Origin: Chloroflexota bacterium
GTDB taxonomy: Bacteria; Chloroflexota; Dehalococcoidia; UBA2979
DNA: 64,000 nt
Direction: 5' to 3'
Assembly: GCA_002716405.1 (NCBI GenBank)
Contig: PBBA01000006.1
Coordinates: 477,479-541,478 of the forward strand
Shown here: piece by piece, positions 41,732-49,495 of the stretch
Layout: the number at the start of each line of letters is the position of its first letter
How positions within the stretch are numbered: the stretch's first letter is position 1
The notes under the pieces: generated by a model
Database searches by the model: none
The model's input: the letters and a program-made list of their open reading frames with translations, nothing else
Told to the model about the DNA's origin: nothing
Made by a program: the position numbers and the translations under genes

Positions 41732-42616
41732 TCAATCTCCCTGATGATTGTGGTCGAAAGCAGACGGTCTATCAAGTACTCTCTTGCAAATAATTTTTTT
41801 TGGGGGAAGTGGTAGAGGTCCTATTTGTTCTATCGAACTCGTTGCATATGCAGCTGCGAGCCTACCAGCATGTTGTTCTCCATGGTTTAAGCTTAATGTA
41901 AATGCGGTGGCAAAGATATCCCCTGCACCAGTCGAATCTAGTTCAAGGTTAGTTGGCACAGGTTGTATTTTTATAATTTTATCAGATCTATGAACCATTG
42001 CTCCTTGTTTTCCCAATGTTGTGATGATCCTTGCTCCTGTTGCCAGTGTTTGATTTACCTGTTCTTTACTCCAGAATTTTGCTTCTTCATCGGATCTAAA
42101 AATTGAGAATGAACGAGAAAAATATTGTAAAAGAGAGTTAAAATGAGATATATTTGAATAAATTATTTTATAATCTCCTCTTCTTTGAAGTCCCTGTGTT
42201 AGTAAAGATACATTGCTTATATTGTTTGCAAATTCTAAAAAGGGCGATATTTCAATGTCATCTTCAATTAAAGGCGCCATTATCAAAGTGTTAGTATTGC
42301 GCCAAGACTTGGGTAGATCGTCAAGGGTAATTCTTTTTGAAGGTTTTTGGAGTAATTTTAACTCGCGCTCTTCATTTTTGCTGTTAATTTCAAATGTTAA
42401 TACTTTTTTGTCAGGAATGACATGAAGTTCATGCTTTTTTAGAACCCCAAGATCAAGTTTTGAATTTCCTATAGTTAATATCCGTGCTCTGTAACCCATG
42501 GAATCAATGACTGAGGCAGCGTACGCTACTGCACCACCCAGCTGTATGCCTTTTAGGGTATGATCGATAGACATGGACCCAACTAGAAGAATAGGTTCTT
42601 GCGAATATTCACCCAA
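41732..42616 (-). CDS. PfkB-family carbohydrate kinase
   Basis: DSTGAGDIFATAF (DTxGAGD-type) motif near the C-terminus. Confidence 0.75.
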   Translation of the reverse strand: MGEYSQEPILLVGSMSIDHTLKGIQLGGAVAYAASVIDSMGYRARILTIGNSKLDLGVLKKHELHVIPDKKVLTFEINSKNEERELKLLQKPSKRITLDDLPKSWRNTNTLIMAPLIEDDIEISPFLEFANNISNVSLLTQGLQRRGDYKIIYSNISHFNSLLQYFSRSFSIFRSDEEAKFWSKEQVNQTLATGARIITTLGKQGAMVHRSDKIIKIQPVPTNLELDSTGAGDIFATAFTLSLNHGEQHAGRLAAAYATSSIEQIGPLPLPPKKIICKRVLDRPSAFDHNHQGD

Positions 42617-42653
42617 TTTTTTCTCCGGATCAATTATTAGGGGAGAAAATATA

Positions 42654-43583
42654 TTATTCCGGCATTACCTCTATTTGTCTTTCTCGGCCTTTACCAATAC
42701 TTTGGGTGGTAACGCCCGCTTCGCCTTCTAATGCTAAGTGCACAATCCTTCTTAGAGCTGCTGGCATCGGTTCTAATGTGATCACATCGCCTGTGGTGCG
42801 GACCTCCTCTGCTATCTCTTTGGCCATCGTTGTTAGGCTTGCTTCGCGTCTATGTCGATACCCATCAATGTCAATAGCATAAACAGAATTCCCCTCAACT
42901 TTACGCGAAACAAGAACGTTAGTGAGGTATTGTAACTGTTGAAGAGTTTCTCCTTTACGGCCAATGAGCATTGCGAGATTGTCTGGGTCAGACTCACCTT
43001 CACTGAAAATATCAAATACTTGATTGACACGACCTAACCCATCACCAGCGGTTTCAGGGTCTCTGACAGTAATATGGGTATCTGCAAATCCAAGTAAATT
43101 TAACAAATCTCGGAGTGTACTACCGAAAAGATCAATGTCATCGTCCCATTCAGCTTTTGAAGATACAGGTATGTTTTCGGTTGGCGCACCTGGTATCTTG
43201 ATTTCATCAGATTTTGTGACAGGAATAATTTCTCTCGCATTTTCTTCGCGATTCGACTGACGTCTATCTTTGCGTTGCCTTTTATTGTTAGGGTTGATCT
43301 CGCTATTTCGGTTACCACGATTCGACGATCCTTGTTCGCTACGTGTGTTCCCGTTACGTCGATTAGTCTGGCGTCCACGCCTTGTAGGCCTTCGATTGCG
43401 GTTACTGCCACTTCGCTTAGCGGTTACTCGGACAATTGCCTCTTCACCACCTAAACCAAGAAACCCCTTACTTCCTTTACGAATTACTTCGACGTCTACT
43501 TGATCTTTTCGACGTCCTAGCTGTTCTAGCGCCCGTTCTACGGCGTCTTCGACGGTTCGTCCGCTGGTTTCGGCCACTTCCAT
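42654..43583 (-). CDS. jag: Jag/KhpB RNA-binding protein (Jag_N, R/N-rich linker, KH, R3H)
   Basis: N-terminal VAETSGRTVEDAVERALEQLG, KH-like GRKGETLQQLQYL, R3H RRIVHLAL. ATG at 43583 with GGAG 7 nt upstream. Confidence 0.85.
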   Translation of the reverse strand: MEVAETSGRTVEDAVERALEQLGRRKDQVDVEVIRKGSKGFLGLGGEEAIVRVTAKRSGSNRNRRPTRRGRQTNRRNGNTRSEQGSSNRGNRNSEINPNNKRQRKDRRQSNREENAREIIPVTKSDEIKIPGAPTENIPVSSKAEWDDDIDLFGSTLRDLLNLLGFADTHITVRDPETAGDGLGRVNQVFDIFSEGESDPDNLAMLIGRKGETLQQLQYLTNVLVSRKVEGNSVYAIDIDGYRHRREASLTTMAKEIAEEVRTTGDVITLEPMPAALRRIVHLALEGEAGVTTQSIGKGRERQIEVMPE

Positions 43584-44424
43584 TTGTAGTCTCCATTTCA
43601 TTTATTTCAGCCATTTCGACTGTGTTTTGTGTATTTATTTCCTTCTGTGCATTAGTAGAAAGTTCCCTTTTCTTTCTCATTGGTGTAGGGATTAGACTTT
43701 CCCAAGTAAAATCTCCCGGTCCTACATATTTCCACTGGAGCATTATGCCAATAATTGTACTAAAACCCCAGTATACGCCAAGGCCTGCAGGTAGTGTAAG
43801 CACAAACCATCCAAACATCATAGGCAACATCCATTGCATCATTTGATTCATTGATTGTTGTTGGGGAGTTTGTGTTGCTGGATTACTAGAAGTTGATATT
43901 TTTTGCTGTAACCACATAGATGCCCCTACGATAATGGCAAGCAAAAATCCACCACGAGCCCCTAAATCCAGCCATAAGAACGTAGTGGAAAGTGGTATAA
44001 CATTTTCTAGAATTTGATAAGAGTAAACACGCGGTGCAAGATCCACTAAGGATTCAGGGGTAGAACCTAAGGTGATACGGATAACTTGGTAGAGTGCAAT
44101 AAAAATTGGTAATTGAATTAATTGCGGGCCAAGACACCCTAAGGGGCTAACGCCGGACTCTTTGTATAGTTTCATAGTTTCTTCAGATCTTCGCTTAGGA
44201 TCTGAGTATTTTTTCTGAATTTCCTTCATTTGAGGCTGTAAACCTTGCATGGCTTTTGCAGATCTTAATGTTTTTAATGTTAATGGGAATAGCAATACTC
44301 TTGAAATGATTGTAAAGATAATTATGGCAATTCCATATTGATTAAAAGTAAGTGAACTCAATATCAGCATAAAATTTAAAAGCGGTGTTTCGAGTCCGGC
44401 TTGCCAGATAGCTCCAATAGGCAC
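43477..44424 (-). CDS. yidC: membrane protein insertase YidC (short, monoderm-type) with Arg-rich C-terminal tail
   Basis: TLKTLRSAKAMQGLQPQMKEIQKKY, LGCLGPQLIQLPIF and 5 TM segments. GTG start preceded by GGGAGGA. Confidence 0.88.
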   Translation of the reverse strand: MPIGAIWQAGLETPLLNFMLILSSLTFNQYGIAIIIFTIISRVLLFPLTLKTLRSAKAMQGLQPQMKEIQKKYSDPKRRSEETMKLYKESGVSPLGCLGPQLIQLPIFIALYQVIRITLGSTPESLVDLAPRVYSYQILENVIPLSTTFLWLDLGARGGFLLAIIVGASMWLQQKISTSSNPATQTPQQQSMNQMMQWMLPMMFGWFVLTLPAGLGVYWGFSTIIGIMLQWKYVGPGDFTWESLIPTPMRKKRELSTNAQKEINTQNTVEMAEINEMETTNGSGRNQRTNRRRRRRTGARTARTSKRSSRRRSNS

Positions 44425-44426
44425 GG

Positions 44427-45512
44427 TTAATCCTCCCTTTTGTAACGATTACTTACGTTACCTGTTTGAGGATTGATATGAATAATTTCACCTGAATGAC
44501 TGAGTATAATTGCCTGGTTGTTGATTAATAACGGTCTTGGCAAGAATTTTGCATCTTCAATTTTACGTTTCCAGAGGATATTTCCAGTACCTTGTTCTAG
44601 TCCAACAATATTACCTTTTCTACATATAACAACTATGACTCCGTTTGAAACAATTGGGGTTGTGCTGAAATTTAAACCTTCATGGGTAGACTTCCAGAGC
44701 ATTTCACCATTTGTTGGGTTAATTGCGGCTATGATCCCACGGGTGGTTACTACATATAGTGTTCCTGAAGAAAGTAAAGGCTTTGCAATTATCCAGCCGT
44801 CTAAAGATAGCTCCCAGTCTTTATCGAGTGAGTTGGTGGCGGTAAATGAACTTAAACGGCCCCCAAGAGTACCTACAATAAGCTTACCTGTTGCCGTTGA
44901 CAAGCTAGAAGCAACCCCGCCAGAAAGGGTTATTTCCGAATCGATAGTACCGTTTGATAAGTTAATACCGACAATCTTTTTTGTATCAAGGGAAGCGAGG
45001 TAAATAACGTTTCCAAAAATAACTGGAGAAGCCCAAACTCGACCTTCTACCTGCTCAAAACTATCAATTAATGCACCATTGTCTTTATTAATGACCAATA
45101 TGTTGCCATTTTCTGTTGTGACGTAGAGTCTTCCATTATGGATAATAGGCTCTGAGATAATTTTGGAGCCTACATCTCGCATATCAGTCCAGTTTAGACG
45201 CCCTGTTGTTATATCGATCGATCCTACTTGGCCGCTGTGATCTGCAATGAATGCGGTATTACCTTCAATTACTGGCGTTGCGTAGAATCCATCGAAATCT
45301 TTATCATCCTGCTTGTAAGGGAACCTCCAGCTTTCTAAAAATCTTCCCGAACTATTGAGGGCACCTCCACTGAGTACACCTCGTTTAAGTTGCAGTATAA
45401 CAGTGTCATTTTTTTCAACTGGATCTGCCCATCCCTCTGGGCCACTAACATCAGCGCAACCTGTACCTATAAGTACTAGTAGGGTTAGCAATAAAAGTTT
45501 CACGTGAAACAT
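44427..45512 (-). CDS. PQQ-like beta-propeller repeat lipoprotein (BamB-like fold)
   Basis: Lipobox LIGTGC after MFHVKLLLLTLLV. Repeated G.l.ald...G...W motifs. ATG at 45512 with AAGGAG upstream. Confidence 0.75.
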   Translation of the reverse strand: MFHVKLLLLTLLVLIGTGCADVSGPEGWADPVEKNDTVILQLKRGVLSGGALNSSGRFLESWRFPYKQDDKDFDGFYATPVIEGNTAFIADHSGQVGSIDITTGRLNWTDMRDVGSKIISEPIIHNGRLYVTTENGNILVINKDNGALIDSFEQVEGRVWASPVIFGNVIYLASLDTKKIVGINLSNGTIDSEITLSGGVASSLSTATGKLIVGTLGGRLSSFTATNSLDKDWELSLDGWIIAKPLLSSGTLYVVTTRGIIAAINPTNGEMLWKSTHEGLNFSTTPIVSNGVIVVICRKGNIVGLEQGTGNILWKRKIEDAKFLPRPLLINNQAIILSHSGEIIHINPQTGNVSNRYKRED

Positions 45513-45540
45513 CGGCTCCTTTATGCAATTTAGTACGCTG

Positions 45541-45816
45541 TTAAGCATTAGATCTGTCAAACCCCCTGTATTCTGTTTTTTTTGAAGGAACAGGGTCTAG
45601 GCCTCCTGTTGCAAATGGGTGACATTTTAGTAGTCTTTTGATTGTAAAGACGGATCCTTTGGTGACCCCAAATCTAATTATTGCAGTATGGGCATACGCC
45701 GAACAGGTAGGGCTATATTTACACGAAGGCCCTAGCAAAGGCGAGATAGCAAATTGGTAGGTACGAATCAATCCAAGTAAAGTTGATTTTATTGATTTAG
45801 ACAAATAATTACTCAC
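45541..45816 (-). CDS. yidD: membrane protein insertion efficiency factor YidD
   Basis: [23 protein letters not shown]...CHPF..GGLDPVP. Confidence 0.88.
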   Translation of the reverse strand: MSNYLSKSIKSTLLGLIRTYQFAISPLLGPSCKYSPTCSAYAHTAIIRFGVTKGSVFTIKRLLKCHPFATGGLDPVPSKKTEYRGFDRSNA

Positions 45817-45819
45817 TAT

Positions 45820-46164
45820 CTATAATTCTAACTGTAAGATATCGATTGATCTCTTAATATCTATCTCTAGCTCTTTGTAACTCGCTTCAGATGCTTTTCT
45901 TGATGGTATTGCTACGATATCGAGACCAGGTTTTATCGCATAATCACGAATTATCGCACGTAGCCTTCGCTTAATTTGATTACGTGTAACAGCACAACCA
46001 GTGGCTTTATTGACTGAATACCCCACACGGCTGTAGCCAAGATTATTTGGACATGCAACGACCTTCAATATTTTCCCACGCGCATGTCTTCCGTGTTTCA
46101 TGACATTTGAAAAATCTTGACTATGACGTAAACGAGTTAGTTTCTTATCTGTTAGTTGGTTCAC
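45820..46164 (-). CDS. rnpA: ribonuclease P protein component
   Basis: Basic 114-aa protein with an RNR-like motif (AVTRNQIKRRLR), immediately downstream of rpmH. Confidence 0.88.
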   Translation of the reverse strand: MNQLTDKKLTRLRHSQDFSNVMKHGRHARGKILKVVACPNNLGYSRVGYSVNKATGCAVTRNQIKRRLRAIIRDYAIKPGLDIVAIPSRKASEASYKELEIDIKRSIDILQLEL

Positions 46165-46171
46165 AATATTT

Positions 46172-46309
46172 TTATACAGTTAGTCTCACTCTTGCACGAC
46201 TACGTCGTCTAGCCAGAATGTGTCGACCATTTTTTGTTGACATACGTGCTCGAAATCCATGTTTTCGTTTACGTGGGATTCTTTTCGGTTGCCAAGTCCT
46301 TTTTGGCAT
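46172..46309 (-). CDS. rpmH: 50S ribosomal protein L34 (not in the ORF track; below its size cutoff)
   Basis: Hand translation gives [45 protein letters not shown]. Confidence 0.93.
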   Translation of the reverse strand: MPKRTWQPKRIPRKRKHGFRARMSTKNGRHILARRRSRARVRLTV

Positions 46310-46341
46310 AAAATCGCTCCGATCTCGGGCGTTTCGAGGTT

Positions 46342-46360
46342 ATTCTAAATGTTTATTCTA
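46342..46360 (-). promoter_or_regulatory. candidate rpmH promoter: two TAGAAT -10-like hexamers carried on a tandem 13-bp repeat
   Basis: TTATTCTAAATG occurs at 46340-46351 and 46353-46364. On the minus strand this gives TAGAAT at 46360-46355 and 46347-46342, the latter 33 nt from the rpmH ATG. Confidence 0.3.
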
Positions 46361-46552
46361 AATGCCTTGAAAATCCTCAAGGTATCTGAGTATAGGTCTG
46401 TACAGCATGTCAAGCAATCACGATTATAAAAATAGTTGATCTTTTCTTCAGATTATTTATACGAAGACAAATTCTCTGATTCACTCTAAGCTGTCGAGTA
46501 TTGTAAAGTTAGTACATGTTTTATACTAAACTGGTTGGATAAGGAGTAATTC

Positions 46553-46795
46553 GTGCGACAGATATATGCCGTTTTCACGGGGTTGAGTTTGAGTTTTTTT
46601 CCTTCGGTGATCCTAGCTGGTAGCGAATCTCGTTCTTTGGAGCCTAGCGTTGATTTGCAGATTGTTACTTTTTGGACAATCTTCGGTTTAGCAAGTTTAG
46701 GCATTATTATAAGTTTGGGCTATCTATATAGAAGAGAGCGAGATTTAGACTGGGATTTTCAAAAACCTGATGTTTCTCATGATAATGATCATTAA
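46553..46795 (+). CDS. hypothetical small membrane protein
   Basis: GTG start with AAGGAG 6 nt upstream; signal-like N-terminus plus one TM segment. Lies 22 nt upstream of the Prx gene. Confidence 0.45.
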   Translation: MRQIYAVFTGLSLSFFPSVILAGSESRSLEPSVDLQIVTFWTIFGLASLGIIISLGYLYRRERDLDWDFQKPDVSHDNDH

Positions 46796-46817
46796 TTAGA
46801 TATTTACAGGAGTTTTT

Positions 46818-47264
46818 ATGCTTTCAGTAGGTTCACAGATGCCAGAATTTGTTGTGCGAGATACCGAACGACAAAAAGTATCTGATCAAGATTTTAAAAA
46901 TACAGTGACAGTCATTGCATTTTATCCAATGGCATTTACGGGTGGCTGAACAATTGAAATGCAAGAGTTTCAGGAATTGATTTCTCAATTTGAAGCTCTT
47001 GATGCCAAGGTCGTTGGTATCAGTGCAGATACATTCGCTTCTCAAGGTGCATTTGCTCAGCAAAATGGGTTTACTTTTTCACTTTTATCTGACTGGCCAA
47101 ATTTGGCAATGATGGAAGCTTTCGGCGTGAAAAACGAAGCAGGCACTTCAGCAGTTAGATCGACATTCATATTTAATAAAGATTCAATTCTTCATGAAGT
47201 CATCGCAGATCAGGAAGCTTCAGATCATGCTCCTTTGGCATTAGAAGCAATTAAAGCTTTATAA
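46818..47264 (+). CDS. peroxiredoxin with in-frame TGA (46947-46949) at the peroxidatic Cys position; predicted selenoprotein
   Basis: ATG at 46818 with CAGGAG upstream. ...VIAFYPMAFTGG[TGA]TIEMQEF matches PxxxTxxC. The track reports only the part downstream of the TGA (46959..47264). Confidence 0.8.
46952..46990 (+). promoter_or_regulatory. candidate bacterial SECIS hairpin
   Basis: AAUUGAAAU-G-CAA [12-nt loop GAGUUUCAGGAA] UUG-AUUUC-UC-AAUU: 12 bp with two small bulges, starting 3 nt after the UGA. Confidence 0.5.
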
Positions 47265-47299
47265 TTCAGCTTTTTAATTAGCGAATACGGATTACCATA

Positions 47300-48013
47300 C
47301 TAATGCGTGTGATGTTCTGCAGTTCCACCTGTTGTTGGGATCATAGGTGAAAACGTATTATTTTCTGTGTTGATTTTAGGTAAGGGCATTTCAAGAATTT
47401 CTTTAGATACTGCAGCTACGAGATCTGGATCATTGGGTGTTAATAACACCAAAATACCTGAATCTCGTAAAGCAAGTAGATCGTTGACACTCGGTACGTT
47501 TTCAATAAGTGCTACTAAAGGTGCACTCAAACTTGCAGCAATATTACGAAAATGTAGTTGGTCTTTTATAAAAAAAGGTTCGGGGAGTGCACCTACGAAA
47601 ACAGCGTCAATATTTCGCATGAATTTTAATGTTGTTAGTTGTTCATCATCTATATCTGGCAAGTTTAAAATTTGACCGATTTCAGATTCTCCAAATACGT
47701 TCGCTGGAGTTTGTTCGTAATCAAAAATTATAAAATCAATATTTTGATCTACTGCATCATTAATTATCTTTGTAGTTGGCGCCTCTATCTGGATTCCGAC
47801 TGTATTTTCCTCAACATCAAATTTATATATTTTCTCTGCTAATGTGAGATTACAGCCGGCTTGTACCAACTTTTGGGCTTCTGTTTTATTATTAGCTTTT
47901 GCCATAATTAATATTTGTGGATTTGGTATAGTATTGGTTTCATGCGCAAAACCAATACTTCGACGTGAGGCGTTTTGAATTGTTTGCCTGAGTAAATTTT
48001 TTATTTTGCTCAT
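47300..48013 (-). CDS. hypothetical protein
   Basis: 237-aa ORF convergent with the Prx gene. No motif recognised. Confidence 0.55.
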   Translation of the reverse strand: MSKIKNLLRQTIQNASRRSIGFAHETNTIPNPQILIMAKANNKTEAQKLVQAGCNLTLAEKIYKFDVEENTVGIQIEAPTTKIINDAVDQNIDFIIFDYEQTPANVFGESEIGQILNLPDIDDEQLTTLKFMRNIDAVFVGALPEPFFIKDQLHFRNIAASLSAPLVALIENVPSVNDLLALRDSGILVLLTPNDPDLVAAVSKEILEMPLPKINTENNTFSPMIPTTGGTAEHHTH

Positions 48014-48120
48014 TTTGCATTCCTTACAATGACGTTAATTGATCCGAGCGTACGTTGAGTCAGTGTTTGAGTGCAATGAATATGTGTATTGCATTTGGAA
48101 GAGTTCTTTTTTAGGAAGTT

Positions 48121-49455
48121 GTGAAATTGATGCAGACAAAATACGATGATATGACGATGGGACCTCTTCATGGAATACGAGTATTAGAACTTACACAAGC
48201 TGTGGCAGGGCCTTCATGTGGTCGTATATTAGCAGAGATGGGTGCGGAAGTTCTTAAAATAGAATCTTTAGAAGGTGATCCTTATCGAAATACTAATACC
48301 GTTGTTCCGAATGAAGGGAAACGGTTTCAATCTCTTAATTTGGGTAAAAAAAGTGTTGCTGTTGATCTTAAACATCCAGATGGACAGCAATTGGTACATG
48401 AACTTGTTATCGACAGTGATGTATTACTTACGAATTTTCGTTTTGGTGTTCCTGAAAGGCTTGGATTTGGTTACGAGCAAATTCGAACAATTAATCCACG
48501 ACTGATATATGCTCGTATTACTGGTTTTGGATCAAAAAGCTCCCAAGTTGATCGCCCTGCAAGTGATCCAATGATGCAGTCGTATTCAGGTTTAACTGTT
48601 AATGGTGGTAAATTAAATGAAGAAGGACTTCCTATTTTAGCGAATAATACGATTGCTGATTATTCTGCTGGAATGGGTGCGGCAATTGGGGTACTTGGGG
48701 CTCTTTTAGCTCGTACATATACTGGTACAGGACAATTAGTTGATGCTTCCTTATTACGTGGTGCTTTAGTGTTACAAGATACTGCCGTTATGCGTGAACC
48801 TACGTATGATGCAAAAGTACGTGACATACTTGCTGATGAAATTAAAAAACTAAAACAGCGTAGCGGATCATTTAGTGAAGTTAATGATCTACGTGAATCG
48901 ATTAATCGTGGAGGTTCGATTGGCATTGGCAAATTGATTGCTGGTCCACGTCAAGTGAAAGATGGTGTTATGACTCTTGGTGCATTAACCCCGGCTAATC
49001 GCGCAGCAGCAGCTCGTGCTCTTGAAGTGACTCCTGATGAAGTAGCCATTCTTTCAGATAAAACACATCCAGAACATGAAGAACAAATGGAAAAGATTTT
49101 GGAGCGAACAAAATTACTTTTTGCTAGTCGCACCGTTAATGAATGGACGGAAATTTTTAATCGGGAAGGATGCCCCTCTGCACCGGTTAATATTCCAGAG
49201 TTGATGTCAGATGATCCGATAGTGCAAGAAGCAGATCATATGGTTGAATTGGTGCATCCTGTTACTGGACCTCAACGAGTAGTAGCTCCTCTAGTTGATT
49301 TGTCTGATACTCCTACAAAAATTCAACATGCAGCTACGCCATTGGGTAGTTATACTCGTCAAGTTCTTACTCAACTTGGGAAATCTGATGAAGAGATTTC
49401 TCGATTGATAGATGCCAAGGTAATTGCTGAATATCTTGGTCCAATTTCTGACTAG
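48121..49455 (+). CDS. family III CoA-transferase (CaiB/BaiF)
   Basis: GIRVLELTQAVAGPSCGRILAEMGAEVLKIE N-terminus and an IADYSAG Asp context. Confidence 0.88.
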   Translation: MKLMQTKYDDMTMGPLHGIRVLELTQAVAGPSCGRILAEMGAEVLKIESLEGDPYRNTNTVVPNEGKRFQSLNLGKKSVAVDLKHPDGQQLVHELVIDSDVLLTNFRFGVPERLGFGYEQIRTINPRLIYARITGFGSKSSQVDRPASDPMMQSYSGLTVNGGKLNEEGLPILANNTIADYSAGMGAAIGVLGALLARTYTGTGQLVDASLLRGALVLQDTAVMREPTYDAKVRDILADEIKKLKQRSGSFSEVNDLRESINRGGSIGIGKLIAGPRQVKDGVMTLGALTPANRAAAARALEVTPDEVAILSDKTHPEHEEQMEKILERTKLLFASRTVNEWTEIFNREGCPSAPVNIPELMSDDPIVQEADHMVELVHPVTGPQRVVAPLVDLSDTPTKIQHAATPLGSYTRQVLTQLGKSDEEISRLIDAKVIAEYLGPISD

Positions 49456-49495
49456 ATTGGCTTAGGAGTCAGCTATTCATTGGATTCTCGCGGCT

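Noticed and set aside
43024-43846. Several plus-strand ORFs (43024..43260, 43270..43503, 43436..43846)
   Set aside because: They lie antisense to jag and yidC. They arise from the R/N-rich low-complexity linker and the dual-coding segment.
46107-46361. Plus-strand 84-aa ORF in the track
   Set aside because: It lies antisense to rpmH and the rnpA 5' end. The minus strand encodes an unmistakable L34.
46310-46552. oriC in the spacer upstream of rpmH
   Set aside because: No dnaA gene is adjacent. I found only one weak DnaA-box-like 9-mer by eye and no obvious AT-rich 13-mer unwinding array. It is kept only as a low-interest item to verify.
46947-46949. Reading the TGA in the peroxiredoxin gene as a plain nonsense mutation, so that the gene is a pseudogene or starts at 46959
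   Set aside because: The upstream 43 codons have a good SD and ATG and encode the expected Prx N-terminus. The stop falls precisely on the peroxidatic Cys codon and is followed by a hairpin. A start at M48 would delete the active site. A sequencing error or pseudogene cannot be fully excluded without reads and the Sec machinery.
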